A stretch of 64,000 nucleotides of DNA, taken from NCBI GenBank assembly GCA_964558645.1, contig CAZLEV010000001.1, positions 189,568-253,567 on the forward strand, given 5' to 3'. The stretch is from an uncultured archaeon. GTDB taxonomy: Archaea; Asgardarchaeota; Thorarchaeia; Thorarchaeales; Thorarchaeaceae. The notes under the pieces were generated by a model that saw nothing but the letters and a program-made list of their open reading frames with translations, searched no databases and had not been told where the DNA came from. Positions within the stretch are counted from its first letter, which is position 1; every line of letters begins with the position of its first letter. Below are positions 37,811 through 47,595 of the stretch, one piece after another. Made by a program: the position numbers and the translations under genes.

Positions 37811-38290
37811 TTGCGAGTTCTGTTCGTCTATGAATCAAGGAGAGGTTCTACTGAGACCATTGTGGGTTGGATGATTGAGGCTCTGGTGTCTGCTGGTCAC
37901 ACCGTTGAGGTCTCCAAACCTGATAATGTGGCAAGTCTAGCGGCAGACCTAATCGTCATTGGCAGTCCGATATACTTCGAAGGTCCATTGGATGTGGTTC
38001 AAGACTTCGTCAAGGAGCATGCGGCTGAACTCCGAGATAGGACTGTCGCGGTGTTTATTCTTGGATGGGCTAGGAGAGCCTATGGTCGCCTTGAGTCACA
38101 CATCCGAAGTAACTATCTTGGTCCCCTTGTAGACCCCATTGATGATGGGGTTGTTGACCGCCACATGTTTCGTGGATGGATATGGACGGTTGACTCTGAG
38201 CAGAAACAGGAGGCTCAGGAGTGGATTCTCGATTGCGTGCATTTGATGACCGAGAGCCTCGAACAAACTGAAGAATCACCTGCTGATTAG
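37811..38290 (+). CDS. Flavodoxin-domain protein (HemG-like)
   Basis: YESRRGST FMN loop, IVIGSPIY. Confidence 0.8.
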   Translation: MRVLFVYESRRGSTETIVGWMIEALVSAGHTVEVSKPDNVASLAADLIVIGSPIYFEGPLDVVQDFVKEHAAELRDRTVAVFILGWARRAYGRLESHIRSNYLGPLVDPIDDGVVDRHMFRGWIWTVDSEQKQEAQEWILDCVHLMTESLEQTEESPAD

Positions 38291-38317
38291 CTAACCAGTT
38301 AATCTGCTCCCCTCACT

Positions 38318-38842
38318 CTACCTCCCGAAGTCGTAGAGCCTCGGGTCGACTTTTCGCCACGAATTGGTCCGCTTCCTGAATGCCTCCCGTTCTTCCTCAG
38401 TCGTCGGAACGATATCGAAGGTGCAAGTATCATCGCCCGCCGCCTGACACGTCAGGTGTATCATTTTGGCATCTTCGTCGAATGCCATGAACTTTGCAGC
38501 GTCCACGTAGCAGTACATATGGCCAACATCTAGTGCGTTCTCTTCCTCGAAGACCTTAGCGAAAGTACAACCTTTCGAGAAGAGCCTCCCCTGTTCATCT
38601 TCTCCATTGGCATCATAGAGCCCCAGCTCGGTAAGATCGGGGTGTCCCTTGTTCACTCTGTCTGCCACTCTGTGACCATATTCAATTATCGCTTTCGCGA
38701 TCAGGTTCTTTCCCTTCTCTTCTCCGAATTCGTCCACCGAGACTCTTGAGAAGGCTATATGGAGGAGTGCTACTCGTGAGAGAGCGCCTTGTGTTGCTTT
38801 GACTGCATCTTGCAGAGGAATCGTTTCGAAGTCTTTTCCCAT
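38318..38842 (-). CDS. L-2-amino-thiazoline-4-carboxylate hydrolase-like (V4R-like) protein
   Basis: C.FA..F, G.MYCYVD, GDD.C.F pattern. Confidence 0.65.
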   Translation of the reverse strand: MGKDFETIPLQDAVKATQGALSRVALLHIAFSRVSVDEFGEEKGKNLIAKAIIEYGHRVADRVNKGHPDLTELGLYDANGEDEQGRLFSKGCTFAKVFEEENALDVGHMYCYVDAAKFMAFDEDAKMIHLTCQAAGDDTCTFDIVPTTEEEREAFRKRTNSWRKVDPRLYDFGR

Positions 38843-38934
38843 TTCAAAAACCAGTCTAGACTTGGGTGTATGAGTAATAAGCAATTAGGAAGAAGACGTG
38901 TTCTTGCCTCGCCAAGCCTTCGCTCGTAACCTTC

Positions 38935-40059
38935 TTAGAACTCCGGCAGTTCCTCGTATCGATGACAGAAGATCCAGTAGTCATCATCCACCTCGCGATA
39001 CTCTGGAACCTTCTTTTTGCAGATATCGATGCAGTACTCGCATCTTGGATGGAAGATGCAGCCTGACGGCGGGTCTGCCATGTCCGGTGGCTCTCCGGGT
39101 ATTCCGCGCAGTACAAGTCCCTTGTCCCTGATTCGACGCATTATCTCCATAGTCGGATTGCTCATGACGAAGGCGCGAGTGAAGGGATGACCGGGATGCT
39201 TTAGCACGCGTTCGGCATCGCCAAACTCTACAATACGCCCACCTGTCATCACTGCAACCCTATCGGACATCTCGGCAATAACTCCCTGATCATTGCTGAT
39301 GAGCAGGATACCGATGTCGAGGTTCTTCTTCACCAAGTCGATAGCCTCGAGGATACGGCGCTGCACACCTACATCGACCGCTGTAGTTGGCTCATCCATG
39401 ATAAGGAGATCTGGATTCGTGATGAGTGCCATTGCGATGAGTATGCGCTGATCTTCACCGACACTGAACTCGCTCGGTTTCTGTTTCTTGCGTGTGTCAA
39501 CCGCGGGGAGCTCCACGAGGTCAAGAACCTCAAGGACACGTCGCAAGATGTACCGCTCCGGGAGCAGATTGTCTTCGTCGTGGACAATCAGGCTCTCGGC
39601 GGTCTGGATATCGATTGGCGTGTATGGGTTCATCGCCTGTCTGGTGCCCTGGGGAATGTAGGTGATGTCGTATCCCCTGATTTTCCTGTATTCCTTTTCA
39701 TCCATTCCAACGAGATTCTCCCCCTTGAACCAGATACGCCCCTCAACACCAGGGAGCGTCTCGCCCATGTCTTTGGACGTCAGACCTTTCTTTCTGGCCT
39801 CATCTCTTATCTCCCAGAGCTCTTTGTGCCTCTTGTCAGAGGCAAGCGAGGCATAGTATCGGGAGACCTGGTCGAATATTCCGAGAATCGAGAGGGCCAC
39901 TGAGGTCTTGCCTGCCCCAGATTCGCCGAAGAGCCCTATGGTTTCTCCCTTTCGAATGTAGAATGACACATCCTCTACAGCTCTCACAATGCCCCTCTTG
40001 GATGTGTAATATGCACGAAGGTTCTCGACCTTGAGAATGATGTTCTCTTGCTCTGACAT
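38935..40059 (-). CDS. Orphan degenerate oligopeptide-type ABC ATPase
   Basis: GESGAGKT, signature altered to FSVGEDQR, MDEP, H-loop ISND, C-terminal Cys motif. Confidence 0.85.
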   Translation of the reverse strand: MSEQENIILKVENLRAYYTSKRGIVRAVEDVSFYIRKGETIGLFGESGAGKTSVALSILGIFDQVSRYYASLASDKRHKELWEIRDEARKKGLTSKDMGETLPGVEGRIWFKGENLVGMDEKEYRKIRGYDITYIPQGTRQAMNPYTPIDIQTAESLIVHDEDNLLPERYILRRVLEVLDLVELPAVDTRKKQKPSEFSVGEDQRILIAMALITNPDLLIMDEPTTAVDVGVQRRILEAIDLVKKNLDIGILLISNDQGVIAEMSDRVAVMTGGRIVEFGDAERVLKHPGHPFTRAFVMSNPTMEIMRRIRDKGLVLRGIPGEPPDMADPPSGCIFHPRCEYCIDICKKKVPEYREVDDDYWIFCHRYEELPEF

Positions 40060-40310
40060 AGCTTACTCGTTGCCGTATAGCCAATTATATCCTGTGACGA
40101 ACGCATTACAGCAGCCACAGGGATTGCGGTTCTGGGATGAAGTGGCCCGAACCTACTGGTCCATCTCATATACTCGAACCGTCTTACGCTTGTTATGATG
40201 TCTTCCAAGCGCCCTACTTCTATTCGAGGTCTGGAGTGCTTTGGCGAAACAGCCTGTATGACCAATAGGATTAAAATCTACTCGAGTGTGCCCGTGCTAG
40301 AGAGCTAACG

Positions 40311-41522
40311 ATGTCAGCCGGACAGCGTTCTGTGTATGCAGTCTATCTCACCTATGCGCTGCAATCCATGGGACAAGCAATATCGTGGCAGTTCGTGACA
40401 TTCTTTGTGAAGCACGAACTGGGGGTATCATCCTTTCTCCTGCTTACGCTGGTCTGGGCTGCTCCTGCCTTGGTTACCATGGCTGCCGTCAACGTCTGGG
40501 GCTCTCTGTCCGACAACATGGGCCGTCGAAAGCCATTCATGATCCTGGGTTTCGTGGGCTATGCGGCGACCTTCGCCTTGTACTCCTTTGTCACAAATGT
40601 GGTCCAATACTTCATCATTGCCCTTGTCGGTGCTGCATTCTCCGCCGCGGCACTTCCTGTGGGACAAGCGTATCTGACAATAGGCATCAAAAACAAAGGC
40701 GAGCGTCTTGGATTCTTCCTGGTTGCCCAATCGGCCGGCTGGTTCTTTGGTGCAATCCTGAGTGGTCTGCTGTACGACGTTATTGGCATGTTTGTTCTTT
40801 ACAGATTCTCAGCGACTCTGTGCATTGTTGCGACGATTGGTTGTGTACTGTACGTCAAAGACTTGGAGGTCGTGCCCCAATACAAAGAGGACCGCATAGG
40901 CATGAAGCAACTCCTTTCGACACCCGGGATGGTGCGGTTGGTTCTGGCCGCTGCCTTCAGCGCAATCGGAATCAACTCTATATCGTATGTGATGGCGATA
41001 ATGATAGTCGACGAACTCGGTGGTATGACAGCATACGTTGGACTTGCAAACTCAACAGCGACTGCCCTTGCTGTCATTGTTACTGGGTATATTGGAAAGT
41101 TGGTTGACAGGAAAGGGCCAGTTAGAGTCATGGTCATTGCATATCTATCTTACTCGCTATTCGCTGTGGGGTTCGCATTGGCTCAAGATCCACTTGTGGC
41201 CACTATCCTATACGCGCTTCCCATCTATCCGTTGGCCAGCACGGCCGCATATGGCCTTGCCGCCCTGCTGTCAAGTGACAGACAACGTGGTCGTGCAATG
41301 GGGTTGGTCAATGGCGCTCAGAATGCAGGTGCCGCTCTTGGACCAGTTATCGGTGGGTTGTCCGCCGAGTTCGTCTTTGGGCGAGCTCAGCCAATCTCAT
41401 GGATTAACATGGTCTTCAATATGCTCGCTCTCATTCTAGCGTTTAGCCTTCTTCGATTGGGTGCAGAGCTGCACGCCCGTAAGGATGAAGACCTCTCCAG
41501 TGTCACAGAGATGCTTCGGTGA
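40311..41522 (+). CDS. MFS transporter
   Basis: 12 TM; GSLSDNMGRRK and GKLVDRKG motif A. Confidence 0.9.
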   Translation: MSAGQRSVYAVYLTYALQSMGQAISWQFVTFFVKHELGVSSFLLLTLVWAAPALVTMAAVNVWGSLSDNMGRRKPFMILGFVGYAATFALYSFVTNVVQYFIIALVGAAFSAAALPVGQAYLTIGIKNKGERLGFFLVAQSAGWFFGAILSGLLYDVIGMFVLYRFSATLCIVATIGCVLYVKDLEVVPQYKEDRIGMKQLLSTPGMVRLVLAAAFSAIGINSISYVMAIMIVDELGGMTAYVGLANSTATALAVIVTGYIGKLVDRKGPVRVMVIAYLSYSLFAVGFALAQDPLVATILYALPIYPLASTAAYGLAALLSSDRQRGRAMGLVNGAQNAGAALGPVIGGLSAEFVFGRAQPISWINMVFNMLALILAFSLLRLGAELHARKDEDLSSVTEMLR

Positions 41523-41525
41523 CTT

Positions 41526-42719
41526 CTATTCCTCTTCTATCGGTATCTCTTCTCCGTTGATGAAGACCTTCTCAGGTTTGCTGTAGAAGGTGAAGGGATC
41601 CCCTGACCAGATGACAACATCAGCGTCCTTGCCTGGCTCTAACGATCCAACTCTATCCTCGAGACCCAACATCTCAGCTGGATTCACGGTTACAGCCTTG
41701 AAGGCCTCCTCTTTTGGCATTCCAAACTTGATTGCGTACATGGGAAGCAACTGGAAATGGATCATGGGGGTCAGCGAGTCGGTCTGAAGTGCTACTTTCA
41801 CACCGGCCTCATGCAATACAACCGCAGTCTTGAACGACCTCTCTCTGGTCTCCGGCTTCGAGACCCAATACATCGTGGGTCCGACCACTGCTGGTACTCC
41901 TGCCTCTGCGATGAAGTCTGCAATCTTGTGGCCCTCAGTGCAGTGTATGATCACCACTCTGAGATTGAACTCCTTCGCAATGCGAATCACGGTAGCTATG
42001 TCATCGGCCCTGTGGGCATGAGCATGTATTGGTATCTCTCGCTTCAGGACCTTCGCAATGGTCTCAAGCCCGAGATCTTTCTCTGGCGGCTTCGGAGGGA
42101 CCTCGCCCTTCTCTTTGGCCTCTTTGACCTTCTTTCCAAATGTGGTCCATTCATTCAAATAGTTCTGAGCTTTTGTGAGGGTCTTCCTGAGTGTTGCAGC
42201 TACCCCCATCCTTGTCGATGGTGTCTTCTTCTGCTCACCGTAGACCCGTTTTGGATTCTCGCCGAAGGCAACCTTCAGGCCCGAGGGTGAGAGGACCACC
42301 ATCTCGTCTACAACTGATGCTCCAGTTGGCTTGATCACAAAGGCCTCCCCCGAGATCACATTTGCGGAACCAGGCCCCGTGTTGATGCAGGTCACGCCTC
42401 CCCTGACGGCTTCCTTAAGAGACGGTTCAAAGGGATAGAAACTGTCTATGCCTCTCATCTCTGGTGTGACAGGCTCTGTGGCCTCATTGCCATCCATTCC
42501 AGCCCAACCAATTGAGCCATCGAAGAGCCCTTGGTGAGTATGGGCATCAACAAATCCGGGCACAACATACTTGTCAGATGCATCAATGACCTCTGCACCT
42601 TCAGGGATCTCTAGATCTTTTCCTATGGCAGTGATCTTCCCTTTGTCGATAATGACTATTCCGTCTTGTATCTCTCCGTTCACTGGACAGAGAATTGTGC
42701 CACCCTTGATTGCTATCAT
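41526..42719 (-). CDS. Amidohydrolase family protein
   Basis: PGFVDAHTH, K.AFGENPK, HAHRADD, HCTEG, GSLEPGKDAD. Confidence 0.9.
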   Translation of the reverse strand: MIAIKGGTILCPVNGEIQDGIVIIDKGKITAIGKDLEIPEGAEVIDASDKYVVPGFVDAHTHQGLFDGSIGWAGMDGNEATEPVTPEMRGIDSFYPFEPSLKEAVRGGVTCINTGPGSANVISGEAFVIKPTGASVVDEMVVLSPSGLKVAFGENPKRVYGEQKKTPSTRMGVAATLRKTLTKAQNYLNEWTTFGKKVKEAKEKGEVPPKPPEKDLGLETIAKVLKREIPIHAHAHRADDIATVIRIAKEFNLRVVIIHCTEGHKIADFIAEAGVPAVVGPTMYWVSKPETRERSFKTAVVLHEAGVKVALQTDSLTPMIHFQLLPMYAIKFGMPKEEAFKAVTVNPAEMLGLEDRVGSLEPGKDADVVIWSGDPFTFYSKPEKVFINGEEIPIEEE

Positions 42720-42842
42720 TTGTGATTCTCCGCTTCAGAGTCAATACTCTCTCTGTCAAAAGTGTTAGTGTTTGTGTGAAGAGCCATCCCTCACCTAGTG
42801 CATACTTGGTTGATTGCTTGAAATACCGATATACTCGGGCGA

Positions 42843-43298
42843 CTACGAGCGATCTCCATTCCTATACTGCATCACACTCTCTATGAACTCCGTGGTTTCT
42901 ATACTCTTGTGCAATCCAAAGTCTGGGAGGTGGAACGAGAGTGTTGACTCTTGCGTTCTTAAGATGAGCATATCGTTGTAATCGCCCGTAAAGGCTGGGT
43001 GTTTGGCCGCCTCCAGCTCGACGATCTCATCCCATCCAAAGAATCGCTTCCACCCGAATATGTTGTAGAGGACACCATCATCATCGATCTGCAAATACCA
43101 CCGATGAAGCACCCTTGACGGTATCCACATGTCAATGAGTCCAAACATGATGATGAGTGGGAGTATCACGATAGCAAACGGTTCAAGCCACGGGTCGGAA
43201 CTAAACCAGAATGAAACAAGCAAAATGATGACTAGGAACGGTGCACAGGTGAGTCCGTTGAACCACGCGTTGGTTTCGCTTCTCTGGCGATACGCCAT
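42843..43298 (-). CDS. Small membrane protein with possible PH-like domain
   Basis: 2 TM then IDDDGV...F.WDEI pattern. Confidence 0.55.
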   Translation of the reverse strand: MAYRQRSETNAWFNGLTCAPFLVIILLVSFWFSSDPWLEPFAIVILPLIIMFGLIDMWIPSRVLHRWYLQIDDDGVLYNIFGWKRFFGWDEIVELEAAKHPAFTGDYNDMLILRTQESTLSFHLPDFGLHKSIETTEFIESVMQYRNGDRS

Positions 43299-43478
43299 GC
43301 ATAGATATACTCATTACTCTGAGATAAGTTTATCGAGTGATTTGTTTGAGCAAAAGTCAACCGTTACAAATGGGTTTAGAGCCCTGCGATTTCGCTCTAT
43401 TCTGGAGATGATAGGCCGTAGGGAGAGAAACAGCGGAGTGTTTCTTCACCCCCGATACGACCTGTGTTCCTTCTTAAG

Positions 43479-44483
43479 CTAAAGCTTCTTAGCAACAATA
43501 GCCGCTAGGTCGGCCAGTCTGTGGGCATATCCTGCCTCGTTGTCGTACCACCCAAGAACCTTTACTAGATTGTCTTTGACATTCGTCGACAGCGCATCAA
43601 AGCTGCACGAGTGTGGGTTTCCGATGAAATCGGAGGATACGAGCGGTTCATCCACATAATCGAGATAGGGGGCCAATGAACCCTTTGCTGCTGCATTCTT
43701 GAAGGCCTCATTCACTGACTCAACAGTGGCTTCCTTCTTCACGGTGACAGTCAAATCCACAATAGATCCATCCATCACTGGAACTCGCATAGCCATACCA
43801 TCCAGCTTTCCATCAGCCTTTGGATAGACTAAGCCAATAGCCGCTGCCGCGCCTGTTGTTGTCGGGACGATATTCCAGCATGCCGCCCGTGCTCTCCTGA
43901 GATCCTTATGAGGCCCATCAAGCATAACCTGATCATTCGTGACTGCGTGAATTGTTGTCATGAGTCCGCATTCTATCCCAAATGCCTCATCGAGCACTTT
44001 TACCAAGGGGGCCAGACAGTTTGTAGTGCAAGATGCGTTTGAGATAAGATGATGCTTCTCGGAGTCATAGTCCTCATCGTTGACACCTAATACTACAGTG
44101 AACATCGGCCCTTTGCATGGGGCACTGAGAAGAACCTTCTTTGCTCCTGCATCGAGATGCTTCTTGGCGTCCTCTGGTTTCCTGAAGAATCCAGTTGACT
44201 CAATCACAATATCGATGTTCATCTCTTTCCATGGAAGATTTGCCGGATCTCTTTCCGACAGAACCTTGAACTTCTTTCCATTGACGATGATGTTTCCCTT
44301 CTCATGAGATACCTCTCCTTCAAAGGGCCCCATGACGGTGTCATACTTGAAAAGATGTGCGAGGGTCTTCTCGTCTGTGAGGTCATTCAAAGCCACAACT
44401 TCAAACTCCTTCATATCGAATGCGGCACGGAGAAAGCCCCGACCGATTCGTCCAAATCCGTTGATAGCCACACGTACAGTCAT
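43479..44483 (-). CDS. gap: Class I (bacterial/eukaryotic-type) glyceraldehyde-3-phosphate dehydrogenase
   Basis: INGFGRIGR, SNASCTTNCLAP, WYDNE. Confidence 0.96.
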   Translation of the reverse strand: MTVRVAINGFGRIGRGFLRAAFDMKEFEVVALNDLTDEKTLAHLFKYDTVMGPFEGEVSHEKGNIIVNGKKFKVLSERDPANLPWKEMNIDIVIESTGFFRKPEDAKKHLDAGAKKVLLSAPCKGPMFTVVLGVNDEDYDSEKHHLISNASCTTNCLAPLVKVLDEAFGIECGLMTTIHAVTNDQVMLDGPHKDLRRARAACWNIVPTTTGAAAAIGLVYPKADGKLDGMAMRVPVMDGSIVDLTVTVKKEATVESVNEAFKNAAAKGSLAPYLDYVDEPLVSSDFIGNPHSCSFDALSTNVKDNLVKVLGWYDNEAGYAHRLADLAAIVAKKL

Positions 44484-44651
44484 TAATTGTCACACCTGCT
44501 TTGGTTGGACTAACCACGTTTTTGCTCTGCTATAATTGTTGCGCAACATCTTGTCTTGCTATATCTCATTCTATCTCGAGCCAATCCGTGCCCGATTTCA
44601 CAATCGGTGGCTATTTCAGATAGTACGGCAATGTGCTTACGATGAAGAGCC

Positions 44652-45995
44652 ATGACCGAAGACCTTCTTCCGTTCATAGATGATTATCGTGATTCCTCCA
44701 TGCGGGACCTCAGCCGTTTGATCAAGCTGCCCTCGGTGGCTGCCAAAGGAGAACACATGGATGAAACAGCTCAGGTTGTTGAGGAGATGCTACGCAAGGC
44801 GGGTTTCAAGACCGATATACACGAGACCTCAGGCTGTCCCGTTGTGACTGGAGAAATAGATGTGGGGGCGGAGCGGACGCTGCTTTTTTACGACCACTAC
44901 GACGTCCAGCCGGCTGAGCCCTTCGAGCTGTGGGAATCGCCTCCATTCGAAATGTCCGTTCGGGGCGACCGCATCTACGGTCGAGGTGTGGCTGATAACA
45001 AGGGAGACCTAGTGACTCGGATTTGGGCTGTTAAGGCGTTCCAAGAGACTGACACACAGATTCCTGTCAACCTGAAGTTCGTCGTTGAGGGCGAGGAGGA
45101 GATCAGCAGCCCTCATCTACACGAGTTCGTGGAGGGTAATCGTGAGTGGCTCAAGGCTGACGGCGGAATCTGGGAGTTCGGTGGGTCGGGCATCGATGGG
45201 AAACAGGAGGCATGGTTGGGTCTCAAGGGAATTCTCTATGTTCAGCTTGAGGTTGAGGCACTTTCGCACGATGCACACTCCTCATTGGGATGTGTACTTC
45301 CATCAGCCGCGTATCAGCTCGTCTGGGCACTGTGCTCTCTGAAGGGGGTAGATGAACGAATCATGATTGATGGCTTCTATGATGACCTCAAGCCTCTGAC
45401 TGATGCAGAGCAACAGGCTCTGTCTCTGATTGAGATGCGGGAAGAGGATGTCAAGAAGCACTACGGTATCGACTCCTTCATTCTGGGTCTGGAGGGTGAC
45501 ACCCTCAAGGAGGCATACTACAATGGGCCAACCTGCAACATCTGTGGGATTGACACCGGCTACCAAGGTGAGGGGTCGAAGACTGTACTACCTGCCAAGG
45601 CCACCGCCAAGCTCGACTTCAGACTCGTTGAGGGAATGGACCCTGATGTTGTTCTGAAGGGCCTGAGGGCTCATCTCGATAATCATGACTTCAGTGATGT
45701 CAAGATAGCATGGCATGATGGCTATCCAGCTGCCAAGACTCCAGTTGATCATCCCTTTGTAGAGATTGTATCTCGGGCGAATGAGGCTGTCTATGGGCAC
45801 AAGCTGGTAATCCAGCCAACAAGCCCAGGTTCAGGTCCACTCTATCTCTTTGACGGTTTGGCCCCGATGGTATCCATTGGCTGTGGTGATTTCGAATCCA
45901 GAGCCCACTCACCCAATGAAACAATCCTCACTGCTAATCTCGTAAACGCAACCAAACGGATGGCTGTACTCATCAGCATGATGGCCGACTACTAG
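44652..45995 (+). CDS. M20-family metallopeptidase/deacylase
   Basis: HYDVQP, GRGVADNKG, EGEEE, AHSPNE. Confidence 0.9.
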   Translation: MTEDLLPFIDDYRDSSMRDLSRLIKLPSVAAKGEHMDETAQVVEEMLRKAGFKTDIHETSGCPVVTGEIDVGAERTLLFYDHYDVQPAEPFELWESPPFEMSVRGDRIYGRGVADNKGDLVTRIWAVKAFQETDTQIPVNLKFVVEGEEEISSPHLHEFVEGNREWLKADGGIWEFGGSGIDGKQEAWLGLKGILYVQLEVEALSHDAHSSLGCVLPSAAYQLVWALCSLKGVDERIMIDGFYDDLKPLTDAEQQALSLIEMREEDVKKHYGIDSFILGLEGDTLKEAYYNGPTCNICGIDTGYQGEGSKTVLPAKATAKLDFRLVEGMDPDVVLKGLRAHLDNHDFSDVKIAWHDGYPAAKTPVDHPFVEIVSRANEAVYGHKLVIQPTSPGSGPLYLFDGLAPMVSIGCGDFESRAHSPNETILTANLVNATKRMAVLISMMADY

Positions 45996-45999
45996 ATGA

Positions 46000-47583
46000 T
46001 CAGGGGAGAGGTGGTCTGATTTCGATCTCCTTTTCCCACTCAACAGAGTAGGTGTATTCGATTCTGATTTCCTCATCTGGCTTGATATCAAGTTCCCACT
46101 CGATGACGCCCAGTTCCATAGTCTTGTACTCGTGAGTGAAATCTTCGAGTTCCACGGATATCTTCTCCGAGTCGCTATGTGGAACCCTGTCAATGACACG
46201 CATTGTGACATCTCTTTTGGCGAAACTTTGTATCTCCAAACCATACTTGTACTCACGACGCTTCTTTCCTCTTGTGAGGCCTGCTTTCTCCGTTTCTTTC
46301 TTGAGCATCTTCTTCTCAGCTTTCATGTCGTATGCGTTTCTTGCGCCAAGATAGAACTCCTCCCTTGGGGCTATTGTCGTCGTGGCTGTCTCGCTCAGGA
46401 AGTTCCCGTTGGAATACACCTTCACTTTTCCTGGAAGAATCAACGAGTCGCCGTTGGTGATCCGATTCTGAACAATGAAAGAGTCCATTGCATATGCATT
46501 CCAGTAGTAGACCTCTTGGCTGCTGAATTCCTCTTCAAGTAGTGTTATCGGATGTTGGTCCGTGTCTGCCGGTATTGTCACAGCACCTTGAACATTGAAT
46601 ACCATGCCTCCGCCCGCAGTTTCTGCAGCCCGTGCTGTGGCAGTAGTCATCTCTTCGAGACGACCAATCATCTCGTCGATAGCTGCTCCGTCAGCTAGCC
46701 TTCCAGAAGGAAGTTTCAGGTCGCCCAAATCGCGCTCTACCCTTCTTCTCTCTTCATATACCCTCTGTGGATCTGTAGTACTGATGTAATACGGACTCGG
46801 TTTCACTCTAGTGACTGGCCTAGCCGAGGCTGTCGAAACCGTGAGTTCTACATCTCTCCAGTCCTCAGAGCTGTAGTTCCAGACTATTGCCAACCTCTTC
46901 ATTGCGCTCTTATCGCCCATCAGATCGATGTCGTATTGAGGTAGCCATCGAGCCTCTCCTATCTGATAAGTCACCTCTAGAGCAACTTCGCACTCCTCCT
47001 TGACATCCAGATCTACAGTAATTTCTTTCTTTGATTCAACTCTTCGCTCCCCCTCGATCTTCGACAGTGCCGCTTTGACCTCTGCAATCTTGGCATCTAC
47101 CCCCTCGAGCTTCAGTTTTAGTTCGCGTATCTTCGCCTGTGCTTCTATTATCATGCCTGTGCTCTTCTCGTCCAATGTCGATATCGCACCAATCTCACTG
47201 TCTCCGAAAGCATAGCGATTCCCAAATTCGGCAGAGAAGCTGTCCACGACCATCCGTAGGCGTTCCACTCTGCGTTCTTGGATGGAGATCTGTTCGCTGA
47301 TGTCCAGTCTCTCTTCTTCGAGATCCTCAAGCTTCTTCCTCAGCTTCTCCAGATCACCCTCGGGCTCGAAGACTTCCTTCTTCGTCCTGATATCTATCCC
47401 CCTGATGCTTGCTTTACCCTTGCCTTTTACACGAAAGCTGTCTTCTTGAGCATGACGTGTGATACCGCCGAGCAGGATGTGTTGCTCTCCAGGCTTCACC
47501 TTTGCAGTACCTCTTCTTGTTATTCTCGCCCCATCGACGAAGACGGTCACTTTTTCTATTGGTGCATCAATTTCTGTGCTCAT
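46000..47583 (-). CDS. DUF4140/DUF4139 (MuiA/TIGR02231-like) protein, paralog B
   Basis: I.KVTVF.DGA.ITR, SFRV.G, coiled coil, W.PQYD, N.S.EDW, DRVP.S. Confidence 0.85.
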   Translation of the reverse strand: MSTEIDAPIEKVTVFVDGARITRRGTAKVKPGEQHILLGGITRHAQEDSFRVKGKGKASIRGIDIRTKKEVFEPEGDLEKLRKKLEDLEEERLDISEQISIQERRVERLRMVVDSFSAEFGNRYAFGDSEIGAISTLDEKSTGMIIEAQAKIRELKLKLEGVDAKIAEVKAALSKIEGERRVESKKEITVDLDVKEECEVALEVTYQIGEARWLPQYDIDLMGDKSAMKRLAIVWNYSSEDWRDVELTVSTASARPVTRVKPSPYYISTTDPQRVYEERRRVERDLGDLKLPSGRLADGAAIDEMIGRLEEMTTATARAAETAGGGMVFNVQGAVTIPADTDQHPITLLEEEFSSQEVYYWNAYAMDSFIVQNRITNGDSLILPGKVKVYSNGNFLSETATTTIAPREEFYLGARNAYDMKAEKKMLKKETEKAGLTRGKKRREYKYGLEIQSFAKRDVTMRVIDRVPHSDSEKISVELEDFTHEYKTMELGVIEWELDIKPDEEIRIEYTYSVEWEKEIEIRPPLP

Positions 47584-47595
47584 CTCTCTCACATC

